Below are positions 1 to 11,169 of a DNA stretch of 64,000 nucleotides, in pieces. The position numbers and the translations under genes are program-made. The stretch comes from Euprymna scolopes (Eukaryota). The notes under the pieces are model-generated. The model saw nothing but the letters and a program-made list of their open reading frames with translations. It had not been told where the DNA came from and did not search any database. How positions within the stretch are numbered: position 1 is the first letter of the stretch; each line of letters opens with the position of its first letter. The stretch lies in NCBI GenBank assembly GCA_053919585.1, contig CM132803.1; one strand, given 5' to 3'.

Positions 1-363
1 AACATCAAAAAAGATAACAAGATCCACCTGACTTCAGCAATTATCATTGTGTCTGTAGCAGTGACAATAGCTGTGATCATTACAGCTTCAATCTCAGTGT
101 GTATCCTTCGCTGTTGCAATCCTCGAAGTGTTCCAGTAGCAGAAAGCGGATATGTGAGTAGTGGTCAGAGACATTTGATAAGTCCTCCTTACCCAGCAAA
201 TCCTTGGTCTAATGTTGCTCTTCCTACAAGTGATGCAGTTGATATGAGAAGAAGCAGTCAACCACCAACACCCAGAATGCAAACCCATCCTTACTCAAGT
301 GCTCAACAAATGCTGTCATCACAAACATCAAAGCCACAACCTATTCACGATTCTGCATCTCAA
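1..363 (+). CDS. Pcdh: Protocadherin gene 1, 3' end of large exon 2 (TM + proximal cytoplasmic region), 5'-truncated by the window
   Basis: Translates as NIKKDNKIHLTSAIIIVSVAVTIAVIITASISVCILRCC...DSASQ, near-identical to the paralogs; phase-0 donor CAA|GTAAGT at 363/364. Confidence 0.93.
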
Positions 364-513
364 GTAAGTATGTTTATATCTTTGACTTTCTTGCTTTGAT
401 ATTTTTAATACATATAATAAAAATCTTTTCTACAATTTGAAACATTGTGATTTAATATCTTCACCAACTTACATTGTCAGTTTGGTCTAATTTCTTTATT
501 TTAATTTTCGCAG

Positions 514-676
514 ATGTATATTCAAGATATTGCACTGCCATCGAACAGCAAGAGATGTAATAAAAGAACTATCAACACACAAGGATTTTCCAGTAGAAGT
601 TCCATAAAATCTACACACAATGAAAATCATCAAGGACTGAATGAAAGAAACTCAAGTCAAACTGAAGAAATATCAG
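514..676 (+). CDS. Pcdh: Protocadherin gene 1, cytoplasmic exon 3
   Basis: Acceptor ttttcgCAG|ATG; MYIQDIALPSNSKR...EEIS; donor TCAG|GTTTGT, phase 1; a homologous exon is present in genes 2-6. Confidence 0.9.
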
Positions 677-834
677 GTTTGTCTCTGAATATCCATATTG
701 ATATATTTCCTATAATCTCACATTATATCTTGCTTTAAGATAACTCATTAATTTGAGATGCAAGTGATTTTTTTTATTTGAATAGGTTTCTTTACTTTTT
801 TGTTAATATACTTTATTTAGAATTTCAATTCGTA

Positions 835-837
<3 letters not shown>

Positions 838-887
<50 letters not shown>
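838..887. repeat. (TA)n microsatellite; others at ~3466-3510, 4268-4322, 34478-34522, 40920-40954, 45331-45366, 55557-55601; (ATT)n at ~50143-50199
   Basis: Direct reading. Confidence 0.95.
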
Positions 888-890
<3 letters not shown>

Positions 891-1399
891 TTAAATAGTT
901 TAGCTGTGTATCAGTATGACAAAATATCTAAATGCTGCTAAAAATTCACTATTACAAAATGCCTTGAAAAACTGATTAAGGAATAATTATAAGTATTGAT
1001 ACAATTGGTCTATTTTTTATCTTAAATTCATATTGAATTAGAACAAGTATTCTACTAATAGAATTCACCCTGAACAGAACGATTTAAACCATTTTCTCTT
1101 ATTAAAATTAAAATCAATATATATATGCTCCTAAACCTTATGTTCAGAATCTTTATTCTAATTGTGATCAAATTCCATTAAATTTAAAAGAATATTTATT
1201 AATTGAATTATCGTTAAAATTTAATAAAAATGGGAGATATCTGAAAATTGACAAAGGACTCCTCCACCCTTTGTATGAAACTAAATATAATGCAGTATAT
1301 ATATATATATTCAAGCAGACATTATTAAATGCAACAGAGATACTTTGCTTCATGATTCTTTTTTTTTTTTTTTTTTGATAAATACTAATGAAGGTTCCA

Positions 1400-3460
1400 T
1401 AATTGTTGCTGTCACGAGTGGTTTTGATTCACACATGAATCATCATTAGGTGTTGAGGAAGTAAAAGTGAGAAGGAGTGAAAATAGAAATTAAAAAGTGA
1501 AAAGTAAAATATACATTAAATCGCATTAGGTGATGGTAAGGTAAAATATATAAAGTCGATTAAAATATAGATCGATTAAAAATTATTGTATTAAAATCAG
1601 CAAGTTCATGGGAACTATTGGTGAAGTCCGTCCATTACACGCTTCGCAAGATATTTTAACACATTGCTGCTTTTCTCGAATTATTTATAGTAGGGTGATG
1701 AGTTCCAATATAAGATGCTTCAAGAATATTTGAATTTTTTAAGATTAATTTAAATATAATTTTTGTGTTGTCAATGACGATTTTTCTAAGATTGGAGTGG
1801 GAACAGTTGGGTTCTGTTATTAAATCTTGATATATAGTGTTAGTATTGTTTAAATGCATGGTGATTCGCCGGGACAACGTTGTCGTTGTATGCCCGATGT
1901 ATTATTCTTATATTTATTTTACAAAGTTACATTCTCCTAGAGAGCATTTGAATTTATACACTACATTGGTTTGTTCCAATGTTTTTATAGCCACCGAGGA
2001 GTTGTTTCTAACAACAAGGTTTTGTGTTCTAAACTTCTTGTAGTAAATAAATTTAATTTTAGAGTTGCTATCAATAGGCATAAAATATCTACGAACAATA
2101 GTTTTAATTGCATTTTCTTCGATTCTGAAGTTAGGCACCATTTGATTTGGGTGAAATATATTAATGGAGTTTACATTACGATGCTAGCTAATATTATTAT
2201 TAGGGTTTTCAAGTGATTGTAGCATTCATTTTATTTATTCTTCGACAATGTAATTCGGAAAGTAATTGTTAATGAGTACTTGTTTAACGTTTTTTATTTC
2301 AGTGAGTAGTGCCTTTTTTGTGGATGATATCATTTTAGCGTGATTTAATAAATTTTTAATTATGGCTATTTTGTACCTTTGTGGGCACTAGCTCTTAAAG
2401 TTTAGGAGGCTGGAGTTTATGCTCGTTTGTTTTTTTTTATATACAAAGGTGTGTTAAAAGTATTATTGGACATATCAATAAGAACGTCAAGAAATAAAAT
2501 TTTATTATTATTATTCAACTCTACTGTGAACTTAAGGATTGAGCTTTTTTGAAAAAGGTCCTGTAATTGGTATATCCGTTCATTATTTTCAGCTAAAATA
2601 AGAATGTCGTCCACGTAGCATACATATATAGGGGCTTTATATTATTTTTAAATATTTTATTCTCTAGATCTGCCATGTACAATTCACCAAGAACTGATCT
2701 CATTGCCATTCCATCTATTTGGGTATATATGTTACCGTTGGCGTTATACAAGGGTACCTGTGTAGTGCAAATTAATAGTAATTTTTTAAAATATTTTTTT
2801 ATTCATTCTAAGTGGAGAGAGTGACGAATTATTATAAATGTTGTTGATAATTATTGTTTCTGCAACAGGTACATTAGTGAATAAACTTCCTACATCGAGA
2901 GAAGCAAGGATTTTGTTTTCCGGTTGCATCGATTTAAGTATTTTCATTGGTTTGTGTGTGGACTTGATGCTATTATTTGCTTGGAATATACGGGCTAATA
3001 AGTTTGTTTAAGGTTTTTGTAAGAAAATAGATGGGAGTAGGAATTTGGGATATGATAGGTTGGAGAGGAGAATTAGGTTTATGTATCTTGACTGTCCCAT
3101 ATAGTAACCAGATTTATAGTCTCCAATTATTTTAGGGAGTTGATAATTACCAATTTTTGTGTTATTTGTTGTAAATAGTTTGTTAACCTGTGTTTTTAGT
3201 GCATTTGTAGAGTTTTTACTAATTTTTAAAAATTGCGTATGATCATTGAGAATGTTTTTAAGGTTTTCATTATAATCAGGTTTGTTAAGGATGACAAAGA
3301 TGTTTGACTTATCAGCTTTTTTTAATAACTATATTAGGATGGTTACGTAGTTCTTTGGCAGCATTTTTTAGATTGGTAGTTAGTAATGAGTTGTATTGTT
3401 TTTTTTTATAAAATCGAGTTTTTATGGTCTCTGCTTTTAGAATATTTTGTAACTGTGTGC
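1400..3460 (-). mobile_element. Decayed Penelope-like retroelement (RT + GIY-YIG endonuclease) in gene 1 intron 3
   Basis: Minus-strand motifs in the expected order: KKADKSNIFVIL (~3320), LYGTVKIHKPNSPLQPIISQ (~3100), LASLDVGSLFTNVP (~2900), YTQIDGMAM (~2720), YVDDIL (~2615), VVYKFKC...YIGHTTTTLSRRITMH (~1960-1860). Contains stops and frameshifts; ends are approximate. Confidence 0.88.
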
Positions 3461-3462
3461 GT

Positions 3463-3513
<51 letters not shown>

Positions 3514-3576
3514 AAGATGATTGATAATTTATAATTAAAATTAAAAATCGGTTTCATAAGGAAGAACAAACAAAAT

Positions 3577-3695
3577 CAATAAATTGTACGATCGTTTCGG
3601 AAACAATGTTTTTATTGTGAAAGACATTGAGTCTTGGACAATAATTTAATCAGATAGTTTTTTGAAACAAAGTCTCCTCATCAGCAAAAATATTG
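3577..3695 (-). ncRNA. Type I hammerhead ribozyme (mirror copy in the left arm)
   Basis: Reverse complement of the 3918-4036 motif with identical core and stems (TCATCAG, TACGATCGTTTCGGAAAC on the plus strand). Confidence 0.8.
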
Positions 3696-3917
3696 GGTGT
3701 TTTTTTTTTCTAAAGACACCAAAAATAAACCTAGCGTTTTTTAAGTAAGACAGATGTATCTTTTAATGGTTCGCCTTCTAAAAGTCGTACATATCATTGT
3801 CAATGCATTCATTTGGATAGTAAATGTAGTCTTTTAGAAGGCGAACCATTAAAAGATACATCTGTCTTACTTAAAAAATGCTAGGTTTATTTTTGGTGTC
3901 TTTAGAAACAAAACACC

Positions 3918-4036
3918 CAATATTTTTGCTGATGAGGAGACTTTGTTTCAAAAAATTATATGATTAAATTATTGTCCAACACTTAATGTCTATCACAATA
4001 AAAACATTGTTTCCGAAACGATCGTACAATTTATTG
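3918..4036 (+). ncRNA. Type I hammerhead ribozyme, predicted cleavage after GUA at 4026
   Basis: Stem I CAATA-TTT-TTG / CAA-TT-TATTG; core CTGATGA 3929-3935; stem II GGAGAC...GTTTCC with a long insert; GAAA 4015-4018; minimal palindromic stem III C-GATC-G; GUA triplet. Confidence 0.8.
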
Positions 4037-4268
4037 ACTTTGTTTGTTCTTCCTTATGAAACCGATTTTTAATTTTAATTATAAATTATCAATCATCTTA
4101 CTTTATATCAAAATAGCTCTAGGATATATATACCTATCGAGCTTATTATATATCTACATTACAATGAGCACTGTTTTCTTTTATTTTATTTTAATTGTAT
4201 TTTAGTTTATTTATCAATACATTAAAATATACTCTGCTCTTTAGACTCTTGTTCTAACCCCCTAAGTA

Positions 4269-4328
<60 letters not shown>

Positions 4329-4734
4329 GACAAACAAACACTAGCAGTGTCTATCAATATTGCCTGAATGTGTTTTGACTTTTGCATTTGTTTGGTTTAT
4401 ATGGAAGTAATAGTAATTTTGCTTATGAAAGTAAAATGATGATGCTAAGTACTGACTTTATTGTTACAAATATAGAATGCCCTCTTTGGGGTGGATCAGA
4501 GAGGTTGATTAGTATCCCCACAATAAATTGACTTTGTGTCTAACTTTGATGCTGAGAATGAAGCCAATAAATAAATTTGTTAAGTGTTTGTCAGTGAAGA
4601 AATCCTTCTAGACTGTGGCAATTATTATTTTTGTTTTCAGTAAATCAAAAGAGTTTTTTTTCTGAAGAAACCCTCATCCTCTCTTTAAAAAACTGACCTC
4701 TTATTTAACTTTGGATTTGCTTTATATTTTTCAG

Positions 4735-5003
4735 ATGTGTATCCATCTCAGTATTGTAATTCACCCCCTTTACAAAATCAACAACAAACTTCTGAAATGA
4801 GGCCCTTGGGACAAACTGCCAACTACCCCAGTGATACTACTATAGTAGCTAGAGGCTTTTACACATCCTATATGAATGAAAACAGTCCTTATAATGATAC
4901 TAATACTACTAGTTCTTCTAATAGACGTTTAGCATCAAGTAATGTATCTGTTAGTGGTAGTCAGACTTCAATCAGCAGACCTCTACCACCTGTGCCACAT
5001 TAA
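4735..5003 (+). CDS. Pcdh: Protocadherin gene 1, terminal cytoplasmic exon 4
   Basis: Acceptor tttttCAG|AT; (D)VYPSQYCNSPP...YPSDTTIVARGFY...RPLPPVPH*; 163+269 nt keeps frame. Confidence 0.9.
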
Positions 5004-5905
5004 AACAACATTGTTAATGCATTTTCATATATTTTTTAACCTCTTAAGTAATAGATATATATGTCTCACTTGACAGGCATGTGAGCTAATTTCTGATTTT
5101 TTTTTTTTAATTGCCACTGAAAAAAAAATTAAAAAATGTTTATATTTTTTTAGTTTATTTAAATCAAATAACTTGGAGATATGTACTTAGTTTTCTTTGA
5201 TCTGCTAAATAGCCATATTAGTGAGGCATCCAGCAAGATTTCATATTGTATTTTGTATAATAGATTTGAACTTATTGTCATTAAAGTATTATTTACCTTA
5301 CATGATATCTAATTTTAGAGCCTCATATATTATATTTGCCCATTAAACCAATATAAATTTTCCTTAATATTAACTTTAATGACACTTATATATTATTGTA
5401 AGCATGGTCTGCTGACTATAGTAGTTTTTCTATTAGAAATTTAGATATTAAAAATATTTTCAGATGAAAATTAAAATATAAAANNNNNNNNNNNNNNNNN
5501 NNNNNNNNNNNNNNNNNNNNNNNNNNNNNNNNNNNNNNNNNNNNNNNNNNNNNNNNNNNNNNNNNNNNNNNNNNNNNNNNNNNNNNNNNNNNNNNNNNNN
5601 NNNNNNNNNNNNNNNNNNNTTTTTATGCAATCTCTGATATAAGAATATAAACAAACTGAGATACTAATTTATAGACATTGACAGATTGAAGGAAGTAATT
5701 CATAATGAAAGAATCGCTGAATTTGAATGTTTCGGTTGCTATGTAGACTTTTTAATTTCATTAGTTAAATTCCTAATTATAAGTTTTTCCTAAGTTTTTT
5801 ATTCATATATTAGCAAATATATTTTAAAAAATTAAAAATAAAATTAATTTGAAATTAAAAATGTATTCACTGCGTATATTTATTCTAAATAACTCAGTAT
5901 GCTTG

Positions 5906-6056
5906 GCAGCCATTACACAGACTACACAATACTCAGGATACTTGGCTCGTGTGAAAAATACAAAATAAATATGTTTCAACATGTAAATATAAAAAGCATC
6001 AGTAGTAATCCAGTTGATGTAGCTGACATTTGGCATGAGCAGATGTAACAACAAAG
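5906..6056 (+). promoter_or_regulatory. Putative TSS-proximal motif and non-coding exon 1 of gene 2
   Basis: GCAGCCATTACACAGAC...CTCAGGA...CCAGTTGATGTAGCTGA...ACAAAG|GTGAGT, homologous to blocks upstream of genes 3-7. The true TSS is unknown. Confidence 0.7.
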
Positions 6057-7659
6057 GTGAGTTTGCCATTAATTTATTTTCCTTCATTTTCTTTGTTAAT
6101 TAAAATGGATGAAGACGGTAGTAGAAGGATGGAAGTGCATCGGTTTTGTTATGAATGTGTGTGACTGAAATTTACTAGTGTATAGAACAAAACAGCATAA
6201 GACGATTCTCATTGTTTCATTTGGATTGTTTAATTCTCTTATTAAACTTGAAAATTATGTGGTTAAAATAAATACTATACTTAAATTTTTTCAAGTTTTT
6301 TTTATTTAACACTTAATAAAATGTTGTTCTACCAATGTTTTTTTTTTATTCTACTGCTATAGATATTCGCTAAGTCAGAAGAATCTTTTTATTAACAAAA
6401 TAATAATAAATCGTTGCTGTCTTAAGGATTAATTAATATTAATTTTTTGTTGATAAAGAGAGACTACTGACTTACAAAATAATATTATTACTAAATTTCA
6501 TGTGTGTGTATATTTTTTTTTTAAATAGTATTTTTTATCCTTTAAATCTAATTGTACACATGAAATATTTTATTTTAGAATTATTTTTTACATTTCATTT
6601 TTATTTGGATCTATTTAATTATTATTAATATTTTTTGAATATTTTTTTTTCAATTGTAAAATTTATACAATATAAAAATCAGTTGTAAAATAAAAGGATT
6701 TATAGAGTATTTTGAAATACATGTATAATTGTGAATTTATTTTAAAATCCTAGTATTTTGATCTTTTATTAATTCAAAATGTATCTAGGATTTTATCATT
6801 ATTATTTGGAGATTATTTATTTATTTATTGTGCTGCTTTTTAAAAAAAGTTATAGTATTTAAGTTTAAAATTATATTGTAATCTCCTGTATCTAAATATT
6901 AGGGTTTTTTTTCTTAAATATTTACCATCTACATGTTCTTTCATACACATCATTATCTGAAACAAGAATTTTAAGAATAATCTATTAGATTAGGATAATA
7001 ATACACATTGAGTCAATGTTGAGATAATGTTCATATATTATTTACAGTATATTGATAGCTATATAACACAAACATTTGCATTTAATAAATGATATATATT
7101 AATTAATTAAGAAAAAATATATTGAGTGGCACAAGATTATTCTTTAAATTTCACTTTTTAATGGATATTTTTTTAAGTAAAAGTTATTCATTAGATACTA
7201 CAAACAGATAATATATTTAAAAAGGAAATCGAAGTATTTTTCATTTCATGCACCTTTAAATTTCATTTATTATCTAAATGACTATTAATTTGTCCCTATT
7301 TCACAGGGTCATTTTTTACTGTTATTATCATTGATTTACATTTAAAATTCTCTTTCTCTATATAAAAAATTATGAACCATCTAATTAATTTTGACTATAT
7401 GTGTTTATTCTGCATTTACACTTTTATATAAAGATTAATTTTTAATTCAAGTAAAACTATATTCACAAACTTAAATAGAAACATATGTGATATACTTGTA
7501 TTATCATTTACTTATGAAAATTATTGAAATCATTAAAAGTGTTAGATACTTACTATTTTTTTAATACTTTTTTTTGCTTAAAATTTCAGATGTTGTAAAG
7601 AATGGAAGTGATTTTTTAGGATATTAAACAGTAAATAAAAAGATATTATTTTGGTAACA

Positions 7660-10062
7660 ATGTGGGCATCAGCATTTATTTTAATTTCAATTTCAATTGG
7701 ACATTTATGTTTTTGTGTGGACCTTACATATCATATAGAAGAAGGGAAAAGCCCTGGTACTTATATTGGAGACATTTCTTCAGATTCTCAAGTGATAAAA
7801 GATATTTCAACTGAAGATAAAAAATCTATTCAATTCAATCTTCTATTACAAGCTGAAACTGGTACGTCTCCATTATTTGATATCTCAAAGAAATCGGGAA
7901 AACTGTACACATCCCAAACTTTGGATGCTGAATCAATGTGTATTTTCAAAAAAGAATGTTTTCAAATGATTGATGTTGCTATTCAAAAAGGAACAACTGT
8001 TATTACATTATTAGAAGTCAAAGTCATCATTCAAGATATCAATGACCATCAACCTGAGTTTCCTGATAAAATTGTCAATATAGAATTTTCTGAAGATGAT
8101 AGTAAAGGAGTTAAACGATCTATACCTCATGCTGTAGATCATGATGTATCATCAATAAATTCACAAATAACTTATCAGCTGAATAAGGAACAAAATGAAC
8201 CATTTTCATTATCTGTCTCCAAAAATCTTGACGGCACATCTAAATTAGTTATTAATCTTGAAAAAAGACTTGATAGAGAAACTAAAAACTCGTACGAAAT
8301 TCAAGTAATTGCTAAAGATAGTGGTTCACCACCAAAACAAAGCATTTTAGATGTTCACGTTTCTGTTATTGATGTCAATGATAATCCACCAATCTTCTCC
8401 CAGAATATTTATAATGTTTCTATTCAAAATATACATGACAAAACAAAACCAGTTGCCATTATTTCAGCTACAGATTTAGATTCAGGTAAAAACAGTAAAA
8501 TCCAGTATCATTACAGCACAAAAACTTTGGATTTTGCAAAACAGTTATTCCAACTAAATGAAGAGAATGGTGAAATTCTTTTGAATAAGAATCCAACTTT
8601 AGGACAACAATCAACTTACGAGTTGTATGTTCAAGCAAAAGATGGAGGAAATCCTTCTTTAAGTTCTATTGCTATAGTCCACATCAATGTGATCAACCAA
8701 GAAAATAATCCACCAAAAATAAAAGTGACTTTTGTCTCCACATCATGGGACAATACAGTGGAGATTTCTGAAAACATCAAAGTAGGAAGTTTCATTGCTT
8801 ATGTGAAAGTGAGCGACCAAGATGAAGGACAGAATGGGGAAGTAAAATGTGAACTAAACCATGATAAATTTCAGCTTCGTATTATGGACAAGCAAAAATA
8901 TCAAGTAATTGTAAAAAGTACATTAGACAGAGAAAAAGAGGAACAACATGACATCATCATCATTTGTAAAGATAAAGGATCTCCTCCTTTGAAAAGTAAA
9001 AGCAGGTTCTCAATTAAAGTGACAGATTTCAATGATGTACAACCACAATTTTCTAAACAGTCATTTGAATTCTTCATTGATGAAAACCAGAGATCGAAAA
9101 TTCCTATTGGCACAATCAATGCCACAGATCCAGACTTGGGACTTGGAGGTAAACTGTCTTTTTCTTTAGTGAGCACCAATAAACAATTTGTACCATTTCG
9201 AATCACTGAAAATGGATTAATCTCTTCAATTATGTCTTTAGACCATGAGTTTCAAGATACTTATAATTTTGAAGTGTTTGTAAAAGACAAAGGAAGTCCA
9301 TCATTGAATAACACAGTGAATGTGATTGTTAAGGTGAGAGATGAAAATGATAATGCTCCATATTTCACATTTCCCAGTGTTAATCCTTATAATATGGATG
9401 TAACATATTACCCGCATCATACAAAGAACATCAGCCAGATAAAGGCATCAGACAGTGACAGTCAAGAGAATGCATTTCTAAAATATGAAATAATCAGAGG
9501 CAATAGCAAACAGATATTCAGCATCAACCAGTACACTGGTTTGTTATGTTCAACTCATGTCCTAAGCCAACAAGATGCTGGCTCATATGAGCTGGAGTTT
9601 CTAGTGAAGGACAGTGGTAGCCCAGTTCTATCAGCCAGAACTACTGTATATTTGACACTGACCGTAAGCAACAAGACATCAGAAATGTTAAATGCTGTTA
9701 ACATCAAAAAGGATAACAAGATCCACCTGACTTCAGCAATTATCATTGTGTCTGTAGCAGTGACAATAGCTGTGATCATTACAGCTTCAATCTCAGTGTG
9801 TATCCTTCGCTGTTGCAATCCTCGAAGTGTTCCAGTAGTAGAAGGTGGATACGTGAGTAGTGGTCAGAGACATTTGATAAGTCCTCCTTACCCAGCAAAT
9901 CCTTGGTCTAATGTTGCTCTTCCTACAAGTGATGCAGTTGATATGAGAAGAAGCAGTCAACCACCAACACCAAGAATGCAAACCCATCCTTACTCAAGTG
10001 CTCAACAAATGCTGTCTTCTCAAACATCAAAATCACAACCTACCCCAGATTCTGTATCTCAG
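7660..10062 (+). CDS. Pcdh: Protocadherin gene 2, exon 2 CDS (signal peptide, EC1-EC6, TM); spliced protein 947 aa
   Basis: First in-frame ATG at 7660 (the ORF track starts at TTG 7651); acceptor tttCAG| at 7589; DxNDxxP linkers, LDRE/DxD/DxG motifs, EC1 C-x5-C; donor CAG|GTAAAT. Confidence 0.95.
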
Positions 10063-10242
10063 GTAAATAATCTTTTTTTTTTTTATATTATTTTTACAAT
10101 GGATGTATTTACAATCAAAACTGTTTACTTTTATGTCTTTAAATATAAGATTTTAAATATTTAGAAAAAATATCAATGTTCCAATCAATACATTTTCTAT
10201 TTTTTTTAATTATAAATATAAGAACATAGTGTAGTTATTGTC

Positions 10243-10588
10243 ACATGTGATGGCACCGGGTATAAGGTAGAAGAGGGGACAACTAGTTATATTCTAACTA
10301 TATTCTTTTCTTATAATATTTCTCAGTATTATAACTTATATTTAAGTGTCTACGGAATACAATCAAGGAGTAGTCTGAGGGCATTTCATATATATATATT
10401 ATTAGAAATAGGGTTATTTTTTTTAATATCATTTAGAGGTTTGGTGATGTCCTAGGACAACTCGTTGATTGTATGTCTTAAACACTTAAATATAAGTCCT
10501 AGTACTGAGAAATATTATGAGAAAAGAAAATAGTTTGAATATGACTAGTTGTTTCCCTTTCCACCTCATGACTAGTGCCATCACATGT
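10243..10588. repeat. Diverged inverted repeat / foldback (MITE-like) in gene 2 intron 2
   Basis: Arms ~10243-10388 and ~10445-10588 (ACATGTGATGGCAC...GTGCCATCACATGT; TAATATTTCTCAGTA / TACTGAGAAATATTA) with many mismatches. Confidence 0.85.
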
Positions 10589-10942
10589 CTGATATATATA
10601 TATGTTAGAATTTTGTAAAAAGGATCTATCTATCTATATATATTATTTAAATCTCATTAAAATACAATAGTTGCTACCTTTCTGTATATCTCTAATGCAT
10701 TGTTAATGAGAATAATTTTATTAAGATGGTTGATAGAATTCAATTTAAAAATAATTTATTCTGAATTGGATAAAGTTGAATATATTATACAGATGCTTGC
10801 TTATTCATTTTAAATTTCTTTCACTGAATTCTATATTTCAAGTTCAGTGCAATGATGAATAACTATATAGTAAAAATCTAAATTTTGATCAAGGAATTAT
10901 CTGGAGTTCTATTAAGTCATTAAACACTGTTTCATTTTCTAG

Positions 10943-11090
10943 ATGTATATTCAAGATATTGCATTGCCAAGTGGCAGTGACAGAAGCAAGAAAAGGACAG
11001 ATAAAGCAATACAAGAATTTTCCAGACAAAGTTCTATAAAATCTTCTCAGACGAGACAAGGTTGGGAAGATTCAGGACATGATATGTCAG
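10943..11090 (+). CDS. Pcdh: Protocadherin gene 2, exon 3
   Basis: ttttcTAG|ATGTATATTCAAGAT; MYIQDIALPSGSDR...DMS; donor TCAG|GTAATA. Confidence 0.9.
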
Positions 11091-11169
11091 GTAATATATG
11101 TGCATATTACATTTTTCTAATTCTGTTAAGTATATTAAGATAGTATATATGTGTATCTGAAAAAACTAT

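Larger units (their letters stand above)
3505..4108. repeat. Long near-perfect inverted repeat (arms 3505-3784 and 3831-4108, 46-nt spacer)
   Basis: The arms are reverse complements over ~280 nt with few mismatches (e.g. GGTTCGCCTTCTAAAAG / CTTTTAGAAGGCGAACC). Confidence 0.95.

Noticed and set aside
7590-7620. Short uORFs in exon 2 leaders (7590, 7602, 15573, 15584, 58463)
   Set aside because: Not conserved in position or sequence, absent from the exon 2 leaders of genes 4-6, and expected by chance in AT-rich DNA.
9555-9987. Recurrent antisense ORFs (87 aa MQQRRIH..., 64 aa MGLHS..., 71-101 aa MIRNGTN...) in most paralogs
   Set aside because: These are shadows of the homogenised sense CDS; their conservation is explained by nucleotide identity, and the 87-aa ORF is broken in gene 4.
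10063-10164. ORF-track extensions past the exon 2 donors as real C-termini
   Set aside because: Unconserved read-through into AT-rich introns. Conserved GT donors and in-frame downstream exons explain the structure, although intron-retention isoforms cannot be excluded.
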